64,000 nt of DNA from Lentimicrobiaceae bacterium (GTDB lineage Bacteria; Bacteroidota; Bacteroidia; Bacteroidales; UBA4417). The translations under genes were made by a program, and so were the position numbers. The notes beneath the pieces were generated by a model that saw only the letters and a list, made by a program, of their open reading frames with translations, did no database searches and was not told the origin of the DNA. This document shows, piece by piece, positions 54,911-63,817 of the stretch; within the stretch, counting starts at the first letter, position 1; each line of letters begins with the position of its first letter. The DNA lies in NCBI GenBank assembly GCA_041660125.1, contig JBAZWY010000029.1:2616-66615 (forward strand). The letters are read 5' to 3'.

Positions 54911-55262
54911 TTATCGTTCTAACTGGCTCAACAAGTTCCTGACATCAGTTACATCGTTAACAAAGTATTTCGCAGCCGTTGTTTTTGCCCCAACCTTAAT
55001 GGTATAAGCTGATTCAGGCATTGATTTAAATGTAAATTCATCCGTCCAGTCGTCGCCAATAGCTGAAATAAAATCGAATTTAACGTTTACCAATTTTGGC
55101 AAGGGCTGCCTGTCCTTTGTTTATTCCGGCACTTTTAATTTCAATTACTTTGTCGCCATCCATAATTTCAAGGTTCAGATTGGCTAAGTAATCTTTTAAA
55201 TCATCCTTAAGCTCCCATGCCCGTTGCTGACCCATATCCGGAATTGTGAAATTTTGCTTTGA
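54911..55262 (-). pseudogene. 5'-truncated, frameshifted remnant of a trehalose-6-phosphate phosphatase (OtsB-like) C-terminus
   Basis: Own translation gives ...NFTIPDMGQQRAWELKDDLKDYLANLNLEIMDGDKVIEIKSAGINKGQAALAKIGKR*. After a -1 shift near 55103-55115 it continues as KLVNVKFDFISAIGDDWTDEFTFKSMPESAYTIKVGAKTTAAKYFVNDVTDVRNLL. 'vIEvk..gvnKG' and 'aiGDDwTDE' are HAD-IIB OtsB motifs. Nothing upstream of ~55262 remains. Confidence 0.55.
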
Positions 55263-55265
55263 GAT

Positions 55266-57485
55266 TTACTGTACCCTCTCACTACCAACTCTGTTTATCA
55301 GATGCTGAACAAAAACGGAATCTTTTTTTAGTTTATCCTGTTGCTGAATAATAAAAGGAGTATTGTCGAGTTTCCCGATAACGGCTTCCATTTCTGTCTT
55401 ATCTGTATAAAGCATTTGCCTGAAAGGATTTTCATAATCTTTCTGGCGTGAATGGCGTATTTCAGCCAGCAAATGCTTGCGGAAGTTCAGATACCATTCG
55501 AACATTTCCTTCAGGGATTTATCACCAGGAGCCTTTCCAAGATTAAGTTCCTGAAGAGAAGCAATGGCATGATTCAGTTTCTGGTCTGCATAGGATTTGC
55601 CCTGGGTAACAAAAAATTCATGAACCTGTTGCCAACTGATCACTTCATAAGAAACGATATTTTCTTTTAGTTGCCGGAGCTCTAAAGCCGGAATCAATTG
55701 TCCGCCTGCGTTTTCAAATTTATGCCGTATGGTAGGTTTCGAAAGGAGTCCAAGGAGTTCTACAGATTGTATTCCCGGATTTTTCTGACAATGTTCAACA
55801 ATCAAACCATAGGCATAATAAGTAATGTAATCGATGTAAGCCTGGTAAGCCTCGGCAGGTTTAAGAAGTTTTACAGGCCTGTTGCTGTTCTCGAACGAAT
55901 GTTTTGCAATCGTAAGTGAATTTATCTTCTCCGTTTTCTTTGCCAGGTATAGGGCTCCATGGTTGTAATATTCAACATCAGTAAAAGTTTTATCCGGGAA
56001 GTTTTTGCTGCAGAAATGTTTGCCGGCAGCTAATTCCAATAGTTTTAGTGAGTCAAAAATCGAATTTATGGTGTCGGGAGCAAGGTAATGTGATTCGATG
56101 AACTGAGTTTTTTCAGATCGTTTATCACGTGATTCGCATTTCCAGGCATTACGTTCCAGTGCAAATTGGTTGTACATCAGCCAATAAGCAGGCATTATCA
56201 GTAATTCGTTATTCGAAACATCGTTACTCACTAAAGAGAAAGGGAAAGGGATATCTAACTCGGAAGGGTAATCGGCTTTAGTTAAAATAGTGAAAGGGGC
56301 GAAGCGTGAATTATGTTTCAGGCTGGTACACAATGCCGGCCAGAATCCTCTGCCGGCCACCAATTCGCCGTCGGCACCCCGGCTGTTATGGTTTGATCCA
56401 ATGGTAGCACCTGCTGCAATATTACTCTGGCCTTCGATTGTTGCTGCAATAAGGAACGAATTATTGTGGTGCTGTTCGTGTGCCGGGAATATAAGCGAGT
56501 TGAGTACTTCGCAGCATGAAATCGTCGAATTGTCGCCAAGGAAAGAATTAATAAGCCTGGCCCCGTATTTCAACTGTGAGTTTGATCCAATCATGAACCT
56601 GACTGCTTTCACACCATAAAAGATCCGGCAGCCTTTACCAATGATACCGTTTACCAGTTCGCATCCTTCACCGATCTGGGTAGTAGCTTCGGGCGCTGAA
56701 TTGATTGTCAGGTTTTTTAGTTTATTTGCGCCTTTGAGGTAGGCATCGGATCCGGTTTTAACATCTTTAATAATTCTACAATTTTTAATAACTGTCCGGT
56801 CGCCAATGGTTCCGTAATATCCTCGTTGGTTGTCGAATTTTTTCTCCGTCATTTCGCGGTAACGGCGCTGCAAATCATCATTTTGCCTGTCGTGGCTCCA
56901 TAGCCATGCATCACCAGGGAGCATGCCATCGAAAGGAATCACAGCACGGCCTGCATTTTCGTTGCAGATCTCTATCCACACCCTCACATCTTCGGGTTCA
57001 CCTTCGGTAAGAATTCCATTGCCGAATTTGGCATGGCTGGTAGTTGACATTTCATTTACATTGGTAATAATTACCTCATTGCCAACAATATAGTATGCCA
57101 TATAATTAACATTGTCAATTACAACATTATCCCCAAAATCACAATTAATAATAATGCTGTTGTACAAACCGACAGGCATTCGCAAGTCGTTAAACTCTAA
57201 AAAGAATGATTCAAGTTTCCCGATGCGCACCAGTCCGAAAAATTTGCAATTCTTGACTAAATCAGGATTAAAAGCTTCCGAAACCAACAGGTTATTCCAG
57301 TCGTCGCAAGTATTCCGGTTTCTCACCAGGACTTCAATTTCGTGTGCATTCAGATGCCTGTATCGGCTGCTATCCGGATTTTGGAGATAACGGAGGTAAT
57401 ATTCGTCCTTTCCCTGCGGAATATATTCAGCGGGTATAAAATTGTGCCCCAGTGTATTAAGCGGCTCTTTCCTAATGATGTTCAT
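55266..57485 (-). CDS. Conserved hypothetical protein with a left-handed beta-helix core (DUF4954-like)
   Basis: 739 aa. Hexapeptide-like repeats run across aa ~100-390 (IINCDFGDNVVIDNV..., IGKGCRIFYGVKAV...). The N-terminal RHLNAHEIEVLVRNRNTCDDWNNLLV is what I recall from DUF4954 proteins; this comes from memory and is not verified. Confidence 0.5.
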   Translation of the reverse strand: MNIIRKEPLNTLGHNFIPAEYIPQGKDEYYLRYLQNPDSSRYRHLNAHEIEVLVRNRNTCDDWNNLLVSEAFNPDLVKNCKFFGLVRIGKLESFFLEFNDLRMPVGLYNSIIINCDFGDNVVIDNVNYMAYYIVGNEVIITNVNEMSTTSHAKFGNGILTEGEPEDVRVWIEICNENAGRAVIPFDGMLPGDAWLWSHDRQNDDLQRRYREMTEKKFDNQRGYYGTIGDRTVIKNCRIIKDVKTGSDAYLKGANKLKNLTINSAPEATTQIGEGCELVNGIIGKGCRIFYGVKAVRFMIGSNSQLKYGARLINSFLGDNSTISCCEVLNSLIFPAHEQHHNNSFLIAATIEGQSNIAAGATIGSNHNSRGADGELVAGRGFWPALCTSLKHNSRFAPFTILTKADYPSELDIPFPFSLVSNDVSNNELLIMPAYWLMYNQFALERNAWKCESRDKRSEKTQFIESHYLAPDTINSIFDSLKLLELAAGKHFCSKNFPDKTFTDVEYYNHGALYLAKKTEKINSLTIAKHSFENSNRPVKLLKPAEAYQAYIDYITYYAYGLIVEHCQKNPGIQSVELLGLLSKPTIRHKFENAGGQLIPALELRQLKENIVSYEVISWQQVHEFFVTQGKSYADQKLNHAIASLQELNLGKAPGDKSLKEMFEWYLNFRKHLLAEIRHSRQKDYENPFRQMLYTDKTEMEAVIGKLDNTPFIIQQQDKLKKDSVFVQHLINRVGSERVQ

Positions 57486-57840
57486 ACGTGCATATTTGAT
57501 TTTATAAAATTATTCAAATGCTTGGGATAATGGGTATAGTTTTTAAAATAAATTAAGAATAATTCGTAAATATAAGGTAATGAGCGAAATATGAGTGGTA
57601 ACTTTTAATTTTGATTTTAAGCTTAGGCGGGTGAACTATAATTTGATTGAATGAAATCCCCATGGGTTACAAATAATCATACCAACCGAGAATGAATATG
57701 GACATGAATTCAAAAATATTCGATAGGACAGAGATTTTTATCATTAGATCTCCCCCTTTTTAAAGGGGGAGACAGAGGCAGGGGGTGAGCTTTTTGAAAA
57801 TACCAGCACAAAATTTCCGGATTTTCAAGATCATACCTTT

Positions 57841-60453
57841 TTAAACAACAAAATTCCGTGCCAGCTTTAATGCTTCATCAAGTCCTTGAGGATTTTTGCC
57901 TCCAGCTGTTGCAAAACCCGGTTGACCCCCACCGCCACCCTGGATTGGTTTTGCCAGTTCCCGAACGATATGGCCGGCATTCATGCCGCGGGAGGAAACC
58001 AGTTCGTCAGAAATTAAGACTGACAGTGTTGCTTTTCCTTCATTTTCGGAGCCAAGAATAAGGAAAAGGTTTTCGATTTTTGCACGCATACCGTAAGCAA
58101 TCTCTTTCGCGGAATTTGCATCAATATCAATACGGGTAGCCAGGAAATTTATTCCATTGATCGACTCAACTTTGGTAATAAGTTCATCCTTCAGTTTCAA
58201 CGCTTTTTCACGGTTGAAGGCTTCGACTAACCTTCGCAATTCAGCGTTCTGATCGATAAGTTGCTGAACAGCTTTAAGTGGCTCTGTAGGGCTTTTAACC
58301 AGTTGTTTCAGGCTGTCAACAATAGCTTCCTGTTCATACACATATTCCTCCGCTTTTGCGGCTGAAATGGCTTCGATGCGGCGGATACCTGAAGCTATGG
58401 CACCCTCGCTTACTATTTTTACCAAACCGATTTGCCCGGTGGCTTTTACATGAGTTCCTCCACAAAGTTCAACCGAGTTTCCATAACGGATCACACGGAC
58501 TTTATCGCCGTATTTTTCACCAAAAAAAGCTAAGGCACCCATATTTACTGCTTCGTCCATACCAATTGAACGATGCTCCTCGAGGGGCGTATTCTCCCGT
58601 ACAAGGCTGTTGGTCATTTTCTCGATGACATGTAACTCCTCTTCAGTAAGTTTCTGAAAATGAGAGAAGTCAAAACGAAGGTATTCGGGTCCTACAAATG
58701 ATCCTTTTTGCTCAACGTGGGTTCCCAAAACCTTGCGAAGGGAATAATGCAGCAGATGAGTAGCTGAATGATTATTGGCAGTAGCTGTCCTTCTTTCTTC
58801 ATTAACAATTGCCCTGAATGATGCTCCCGGATTTTCGGGCATGTTCTCAACAATATGAACGATAAGGTTGTTTTCCTTTCGCGTGTCGATTACCTGTAAT
58901 ATTTCGTTTGCGGATACCAATATACCCGTATCACCCGATTGACCTCCGCTTTCGGCATAAAATGGTGTACGATTGAAAACCAGTTGGTAAGCATCCTTTC
59001 CCTTGGCTGTTATTTTGCGGTAACGGGTAATTTTTACTTCTGCTTCAGTAGCGTCATAGGCAAGAAATTCGGTGCTTTCCGATGATTCCAGTTCATGCCA
59101 GTCGTCGGTTGAAACAGTGGCATCGCGGCGTGAACGGTTTTTCTGCTCTTCCAGTTTAGCACTGAAATTTTCCATATCCACTTCCCAGCCAATCTCCCGG
59201 CTCATCAGTTGCGTCAGATCGATCGGGAAACCAAAGGTATCATACATCTCGAATGCAAATTCTCCGTTTATCAGTTTCTGTTCGGGATTGGCAGCGATGT
59301 ATTGATTGAATTTAACAATCCCGGTCGCCAAAGTGCGAAGGAAAGATGATTCTTCTTCGGCAATCACGCGTTGAATCAACTGCAGATTGCGTGTAAGTTC
59401 CGGAAATGCCTCACCCATCTGTGCTTCGAGAACGGCTACAAGTTTAAACATAAGTGGTTCGCGCATATTCAGGAATGAATAAGCATAGCGCACTGCACGG
59501 CGAAGGATCCGGCGGATCACATACCCGGCTTTTACATTCGAAGGAAGCTGCCCGTCAGCTATAGCAAAAGTAACAGCACGAAGGTGATCGGCAATAACCC
59601 GCATGGCAACATCGCTTTTTTTGTCGCTTCCATAAGAGATGCCTGTGATTTTTACAATTTCAGCTATTAAAGGTGTGAAAACATCGGTATCGTAGTTGCT
59701 TTGTTTGCCTTGCAAAACCATGCAAAGCCGCTCAAAACCCATACCTGTATCAACATGTTTGGCCGGAAGGAAAAGCAATGTTCCATTTGCTTGACGGTTA
59801 TATTGGATAAATACGTTATTCCAGATTTCAATAACCTGGGGATGGTCGTTATTTACAAGCTGATCGCCGGGGATTTTTGCTTTTTCGGCTTCATCACGAA
59901 TATCGACATGAATTTCGGAGCAAGGTCCACAAGGGCCGGTATCGCCCATTTCCCAAAAGTTATCTTTTTTTGAACCTCGAAGAATGCGATCCCCGGCAAT
60001 ATATTTCTTCCAGATTTCAAGCGCTTCGGTGTCTTCAGGCAGATTATCTGCAGCATCGCCGCCGAATATGGTTACATACAATTTACTTTTATCAATTTTA
60101 TAAACATCGGTGAGCAATTCCCAGGCCCAACCTATGGCTTCTTCTTTAAAATAATCGCCGAACGACCAGTTGCCCAGCATCTCGAACATGGTATGGTGAT
60201 ACGTATCGTGGCCAACTTCTTCAAGGTCATTATGTTTTCCTGAAACGCGGAGGCATTTCTGCGAATCAGCGACCCGGGGCCACCTGGCAGGTTCATTCCC
60301 CAGGAACCAGTCTTTGAACTGGTTCATACCGGCGTTTGTAAACATGAGTGTCGGGTCATTTTTTATCACCATGGGAGCCGATGGAACAACCTGGTGATGT
60401 TTTGAAGCGAAGAATCCAAGGAATGTGCGACGTATTTCGGTACTGGTCATCAT
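57841..60453 (-). CDS. alaS: Alanine--tRNA ligase
   Basis: FTNAGMNQFKD, class II core motifs, editing-domain HSATHLLH ... CGGTHV, and a C-terminal DHHA1-like GGGGQPGFATAGG. Confidence 0.95.
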   Translation of the reverse strand: MMTSTEIRRTFLGFFASKHHQVVPSAPMVIKNDPTLMFTNAGMNQFKDWFLGNEPARWPRVADSQKCLRVSGKHNDLEEVGHDTYHHTMFEMLGNWSFGDYFKEEAIGWAWELLTDVYKIDKSKLYVTIFGGDAADNLPEDTEALEIWKKYIAGDRILRGSKKDNFWEMGDTGPCGPCSEIHVDIRDEAEKAKIPGDQLVNNDHPQVIEIWNNVFIQYNRQANGTLLFLPAKHVDTGMGFERLCMVLQGKQSNYDTDVFTPLIAEIVKITGISYGSDKKSDVAMRVIADHLRAVTFAIADGQLPSNVKAGYVIRRILRRAVRYAYSFLNMREPLMFKLVAVLEAQMGEAFPELTRNLQLIQRVIAEEESSFLRTLATGIVKFNQYIAANPEQKLINGEFAFEMYDTFGFPIDLTQLMSREIGWEVDMENFSAKLEEQKNRSRRDATVSTDDWHELESSESTEFLAYDATEAEVKITRYRKITAKGKDAYQLVFNRTPFYAESGGQSGDTGILVSANEILQVIDTRKENNLIVHIVENMPENPGASFRAIVNEERRTATANNHSATHLLHYSLRKVLGTHVEQKGSFVGPEYLRFDFSHFQKLTEEELHVIEKMTNSLVRENTPLEEHRSIGMDEAVNMGALAFFGEKYGDKVRVIRYGNSVELCGGTHVKATGQIGLVKIVSEGAIASGIRRIEAISAAKAEEYVYEQEAIVDSLKQLVKSPTEPLKAVQQLIDQNAELRRLVEAFNREKALKLKDELITKVESINGINFLATRIDIDANSAKEIAYGMRAKIENLFLILGSENEGKATLSVLISDELVSSRGMNAGHIVRELAKPIQGGGGGQPGFATAGGKNPQGLDEALKLARNFVV

Positions 60454-60841
60454 TAAATGTAATTATTGTCGATAATATATTTATCGTCGGATGAATGTGT
60501 ATTTAATTGTATCTTAGGTGTTTAAAAGTTGGATGTAAAAAATTATACTCCTGATTCGCATGCTTTTAACAATTGTTCACAACTTAAAAGGCTGCAAATT
60601 TAAGTTAAATAATTATTTTTGCGGTTACAGGATTGAAAGTAGCGATGGAATTTCGTGAAAACATTGAGAAATCTGGTATTTAAAAAGTTTAAGGGTCCAA
60701 GGTTCAAAGTTTACGATAGCTCCAGGTATAAAAGTAAAATGATTTTAGAAATGAATCGATCTTTTAATTGACTACGTTGAACGTGAAGCATTTGAATGTT
60801 GAACGCGAAGCATTTTAATCCTAAAGCCTTAAAAAATAAAG

Positions 60842-61813
60842 ATGGCAAAAATAAGATATCAGTTTAATACCAAGTCGCTTAAAATTGAGAAGGTCCAGGT
60901 TACAATGAAGGAGCGGTTAACCCGTATCGCTTCCTCCATGGCTTTTGGATTGGTATTTGGTGTTTTGGTTATTGTTGTGGCCTACAACTTTATGTCGTCG
61001 CCGCGTGAAAAAGTACTGCAGAACGAACTTGAACAATATAAATTACAGTATAAGATTATAAACGACCGAATGGACAAAGTGCAGAAAGTGCTTGCTGATG
61101 TTCAGGATCGGGATGATAATATTTATCGTGTAATTTTTGAAGCTGAACCTGTTCCTTCGGAAGTTCGCAAGGCTGGATTTGGTGGGGTTGACAGGTATGA
61201 ACAGCTGGAAGGACTAGCTAACTCTGAGATTATTATCAATACAGCGAAAAGACTTGATGAAATAACCAGCCAACTTGTTGTTCAAAGTAAATCGTACGAC
61301 GAAGTATTCAAATTAGCCAAGAACAAAGAGAAGCTTATCGCAAGTATTCCTGCTATTCAGCCTGTAGATTTTCATGATTTACGCCGGATTGGATCCTTGT
61401 TCGGTTATCGGACTGATCCTTTTTATAAAGTCATTAAGTTTCATGAAGGTATCGATTTTACGGCTGCAATTGGGACACCAATTTATGCGACAGGTGATGG
61501 TGTTGTCGAAAAGGCTGAGTATAACAATGGTGGCTATGGAAATGAGATAATGATTAATCATGGTTATAGTTATGAAACAAGATATGCCCACCTTTCGAAA
61601 ATAAAAGTTAAGGTTGGACAACATGTTAAACGCGGGGAAATAATTGGGTTAATGGGAAATACAGGAAAATCAACGGCTCCTCACCTTCATTATGAAGTGA
61701 TTAAAGCAGGTGTGCCGTTAAATCCTATTTACTTCTTCTTTAATGATATTACCCCGACTGAATATGAGGCTATGCTTGAGATGTCGTTGAAACCTTCGCA
61801 GACGTTGGATTAA
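60842..61813 (+). CDS. M23 family metallopeptidase (membrane-anchored, coiled-coil N-terminal part)
   Basis: HEGIDF ... GYGNEIMINHG ... GNTGKSTAPHLHYEV (HxxxD / HxH LytM-type motifs). Confidence 0.85.
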   Translation: MAKIRYQFNTKSLKIEKVQVTMKERLTRIASSMAFGLVFGVLVIVVAYNFMSSPREKVLQNELEQYKLQYKIINDRMDKVQKVLADVQDRDDNIYRVIFEAEPVPSEVRKAGFGGVDRYEQLEGLANSEIIINTAKRLDEITSQLVVQSKSYDEVFKLAKNKEKLIASIPAIQPVDFHDLRRIGSLFGYRTDPFYKVIKFHEGIDFTAAIGTPIYATGDGVVEKAEYNNGGYGNEIMINHGYSYETRYAHLSKIKVKVGQHVKRGEIIGLMGNTGKSTAPHLHYEVIKAGVPLNPIYFFFNDITPTEYEAMLEMSLKPSQTLD

Positions 61814-61835
61814 GCGGGGAAATGGATGATGGAAG

Positions 61836-61913
61836 ATCGTGAATCGTGAATCGTAAATCGTAAATCGTAAATCGTAAATCGTAAATCGTAAATCGTAAAT
61901 CGTGTATAGAAAC
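61836..61913. repeat. 7-bp microsatellite (atcgtRa) x11
   Basis: atcgtga x2, then atcgtaa x9, starting 23 nt after the M23 stop codon. It is followed by an A-rich agaaa/atagaaa tract extending to ~61965. Confidence 0.9.
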
Positions 61914-62090
61914 AAGAAACCAGAAACAAATAGAAAATAGAAAAATAGAAAATAGTTTAGTAAACCCGAACCTCTCAACCATCTCAAGTCCTCCCCAGCG
62001 GGGAGGATTTAGGAGGGGTCAACCCGGAACCAGAAACTAAGCATCTAACATCCAAATCAAATCAGTATAAATAGCAACAGATATCGTCAA

Positions 62091-62429
62091 ATGGCTCTTA
62101 GAACTCAACCCGTCGGGAAACTTTACTATCGTATCGGCGAAGTGGCTGAAATGTTTAAAGTTAATACGTCGCTGATCAGGTATTACGAGAAAGAATTTGA
62201 TATTATAAAACCACATCGCAACAAGAAGGGAAACCGCCTGTTTACGCAAAACGATGTGGACCATTTCCATTCTATCTTTCATTTAATCAAGGAAAAAGGC
62301 TATACGCTGGAAGGCGCAAAACTGCAGCTGAAAGAAAATCGTAATGCTAATAATGCGCCTGAACAAGATGTTCTAAACTCATTACTTCGAATGAAGCGAT
62401 TTTTGCTCGAACTGAGAGAACAATTGTAA
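62091..62429 (+). CDS. Small MerR-family transcriptional regulator
   Basis: YYRIGEVAEMFKVNTSLIRYYEKEFDIIKPHRNKKGNRLFTQNDV is a MerR HTH-wing. Confidence 0.75.
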   Translation: MALRTQPVGKLYYRIGEVAEMFKVNTSLIRYYEKEFDIIKPHRNKKGNRLFTQNDVDHFHSIFHLIKEKGYTLEGAKLQLKENRNANNAPEQDVLNSLLRMKRFLLELREQL

Positions 62430-62434
62430 AGTAA

Positions 62435-63409
62435 TCAGAAATATTTTTTCTCAACCAGGAATTCAGTCACATATTCATAAACACCTTCTTCGAGACTATA
62501 AAATTGTGCGGGATATGCTGCAACCTGCATAAGTTTAGTCATATCGGCTTCGGTAAAATACTGGTATTTTTCGCGGATATCTAGCGGAGTATCAATAAAT
62601 TCAATTTTTTCGGGAATTTCAAGCGCTTTAAAAACGGCTTTTGCTAAATGGAGGAATGCACGTGCTTTTCCGGTTCCCAGGTTATAAAGTCCGGATTGTG
62701 GTTTCGTATGCATCATAAAGTACAACACATCAACCACATCTTTTACATATACAAAATCACGCAACTGCATTCCATCGGCAAACCCTGAGCGGTGTGAACG
62801 GAAAAGTTTTACGCTACCGGTTTCGTTTATCTGCTTGAAAGCGTGTAAAATAACCGAGGCCATCCGCCCTTTGTGGTATTCGTTCGGGCCATAAACATTA
62901 AAAAATTTCATTCCCGCCCAAAAAGGAGGTGACTTTACCTGTTTAAGAGCCCACACATCAAAATCATTTTTCGATTCACCATAAGGATTTAAAGGTCGCA
63001 GTCTTTCTACGATTGAATGATCATCAAGATAACCATGTTCGCCCATACCGTAAGTAGCTGCTGAAGAAGCGTATATCAACGGGATTTCAAATTGCGAACA
63101 GGTTTCCCATACCTGTTTGGAATAATTCAGGTTGAGACGGTTAAATATTTCGACATCAAATTCAGTAGTATCGGTTCGGGCTCCAAGGTGAAGAACTGAA
63201 TCGATTTCATCATGATGCTTATGTATCCAGTTGATAAATTCATCGCGGTGCACATGGCCTACAATTGATTTATGATCCAGGTTATGATTTTTCAACGGAT
63301 TGCTAAAATCGTCAACTACAATAATATTGGTTAATCCTTTGTTGTTGAGCTTGTTTACCATACAACTGCCAATAAATCCGGCTGCTCCTGTTACTACTGT
63401 ATATTTCAT
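62435..63409 (-). CDS. hldD: ADP-L-glycero-D-manno-heptose 6-epimerase
   Basis: VTGAAGFIGS Rossmann motif, YASSAATYG, NPYGESK (YxxxK), FFNVYGPNEYHKGRMASV, RDFVYVKDV and NLGTGKA. Colinear with E. coli HldD/RfaD as I remember it. Confidence 0.8.
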   Translation of the reverse strand: MKYTVVTGAAGFIGSCMVNKLNNKGLTNIIVVDDFSNPLKNHNLDHKSIVGHVHRDEFINWIHKHHDEIDSVLHLGARTDTTEFDVEIFNRLNLNYSKQVWETCSQFEIPLIYASSAATYGMGEHGYLDDHSIVERLRPLNPYGESKNDFDVWALKQVKSPPFWAGMKFFNVYGPNEYHKGRMASVILHAFKQINETGSVKLFRSHRSGFADGMQLRDFVYVKDVVDVLYFMMHTKPQSGLYNLGTGKARAFLHLAKAVFKALEIPEKIEFIDTPLDIREKYQYFTEADMTKLMQVAAYPAQFYSLEEGVYEYVTEFLVEKKYF

Positions 63410-63584
63410 GATATTGTTTTTTCCTGATTACAAAGGTACTGCAATTGGCTAAAATTGAAGCTTTGATTTGAGATTTGGGTTCAATGCCAAATGGTTCAAA
63501 GTTCAAATGCCTTCGGCGTTCCAATGCCTTCGGCGTTCAAAGACTCAAATGCCATCCTGCCAAGGTGGGACAAATCCCAAGGAC

Positions 63585-63806
63585 GAAAACCCGGAACCCG
63601 GAACCCAAATCTCAAAATCCAAATCTCAAAATCCAAATCCCAATGACGAAAACCCGGAACCCGAGACCCCAGACCCGTAACCCAGAACCCGGAACCCGGA
63701 ACCTGGAACAAGAAACCCGGAACCCGGAACCCGTAACCCGTAACCCGGAACCCGGAACCCGTAACCCGTAACCCGGAACCCGGAACAAGAAACCCGGAAC
63801 AAGAAG
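63585..63806. repeat. Large tandem array of 8-bp AACCCGKA-type words (plus caaatctcaaaatc units); the minus strand is a (GGG-N5)n G-quadruplex-prone tract
   Basis: Direct reading gives ...aacccggaacccggaacccgtaacccgtaacccggaacccggaacccgtaacccgtaacccggaacccgg... All ORFs called here (63468-63866, both strands) are repeat artefacts. Confidence 0.9.
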
Positions 63807-63817
63807 TCCAAGAATTT

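Noticed and set aside
57749-57772. Perfect palindrome tctccccc-tttttaaa-gggggaga downstream of alaS, and a similar cctcccc-agc-ggggagg at 61989-62007, as intrinsic terminators.
   Set aside because: The stems are good, but neither is followed by a convincing U-tract on the relevant strand. They may be REP-like palindromes. The support is too weak to call them terminators.
61718-61987. Track ORFs encoding IYDLRFTIYDLRFT... repeats.
   Set aside because: This is a translation of the 7-bp atcgtaa microsatellite and the following A-rich tract. It is not a gene.
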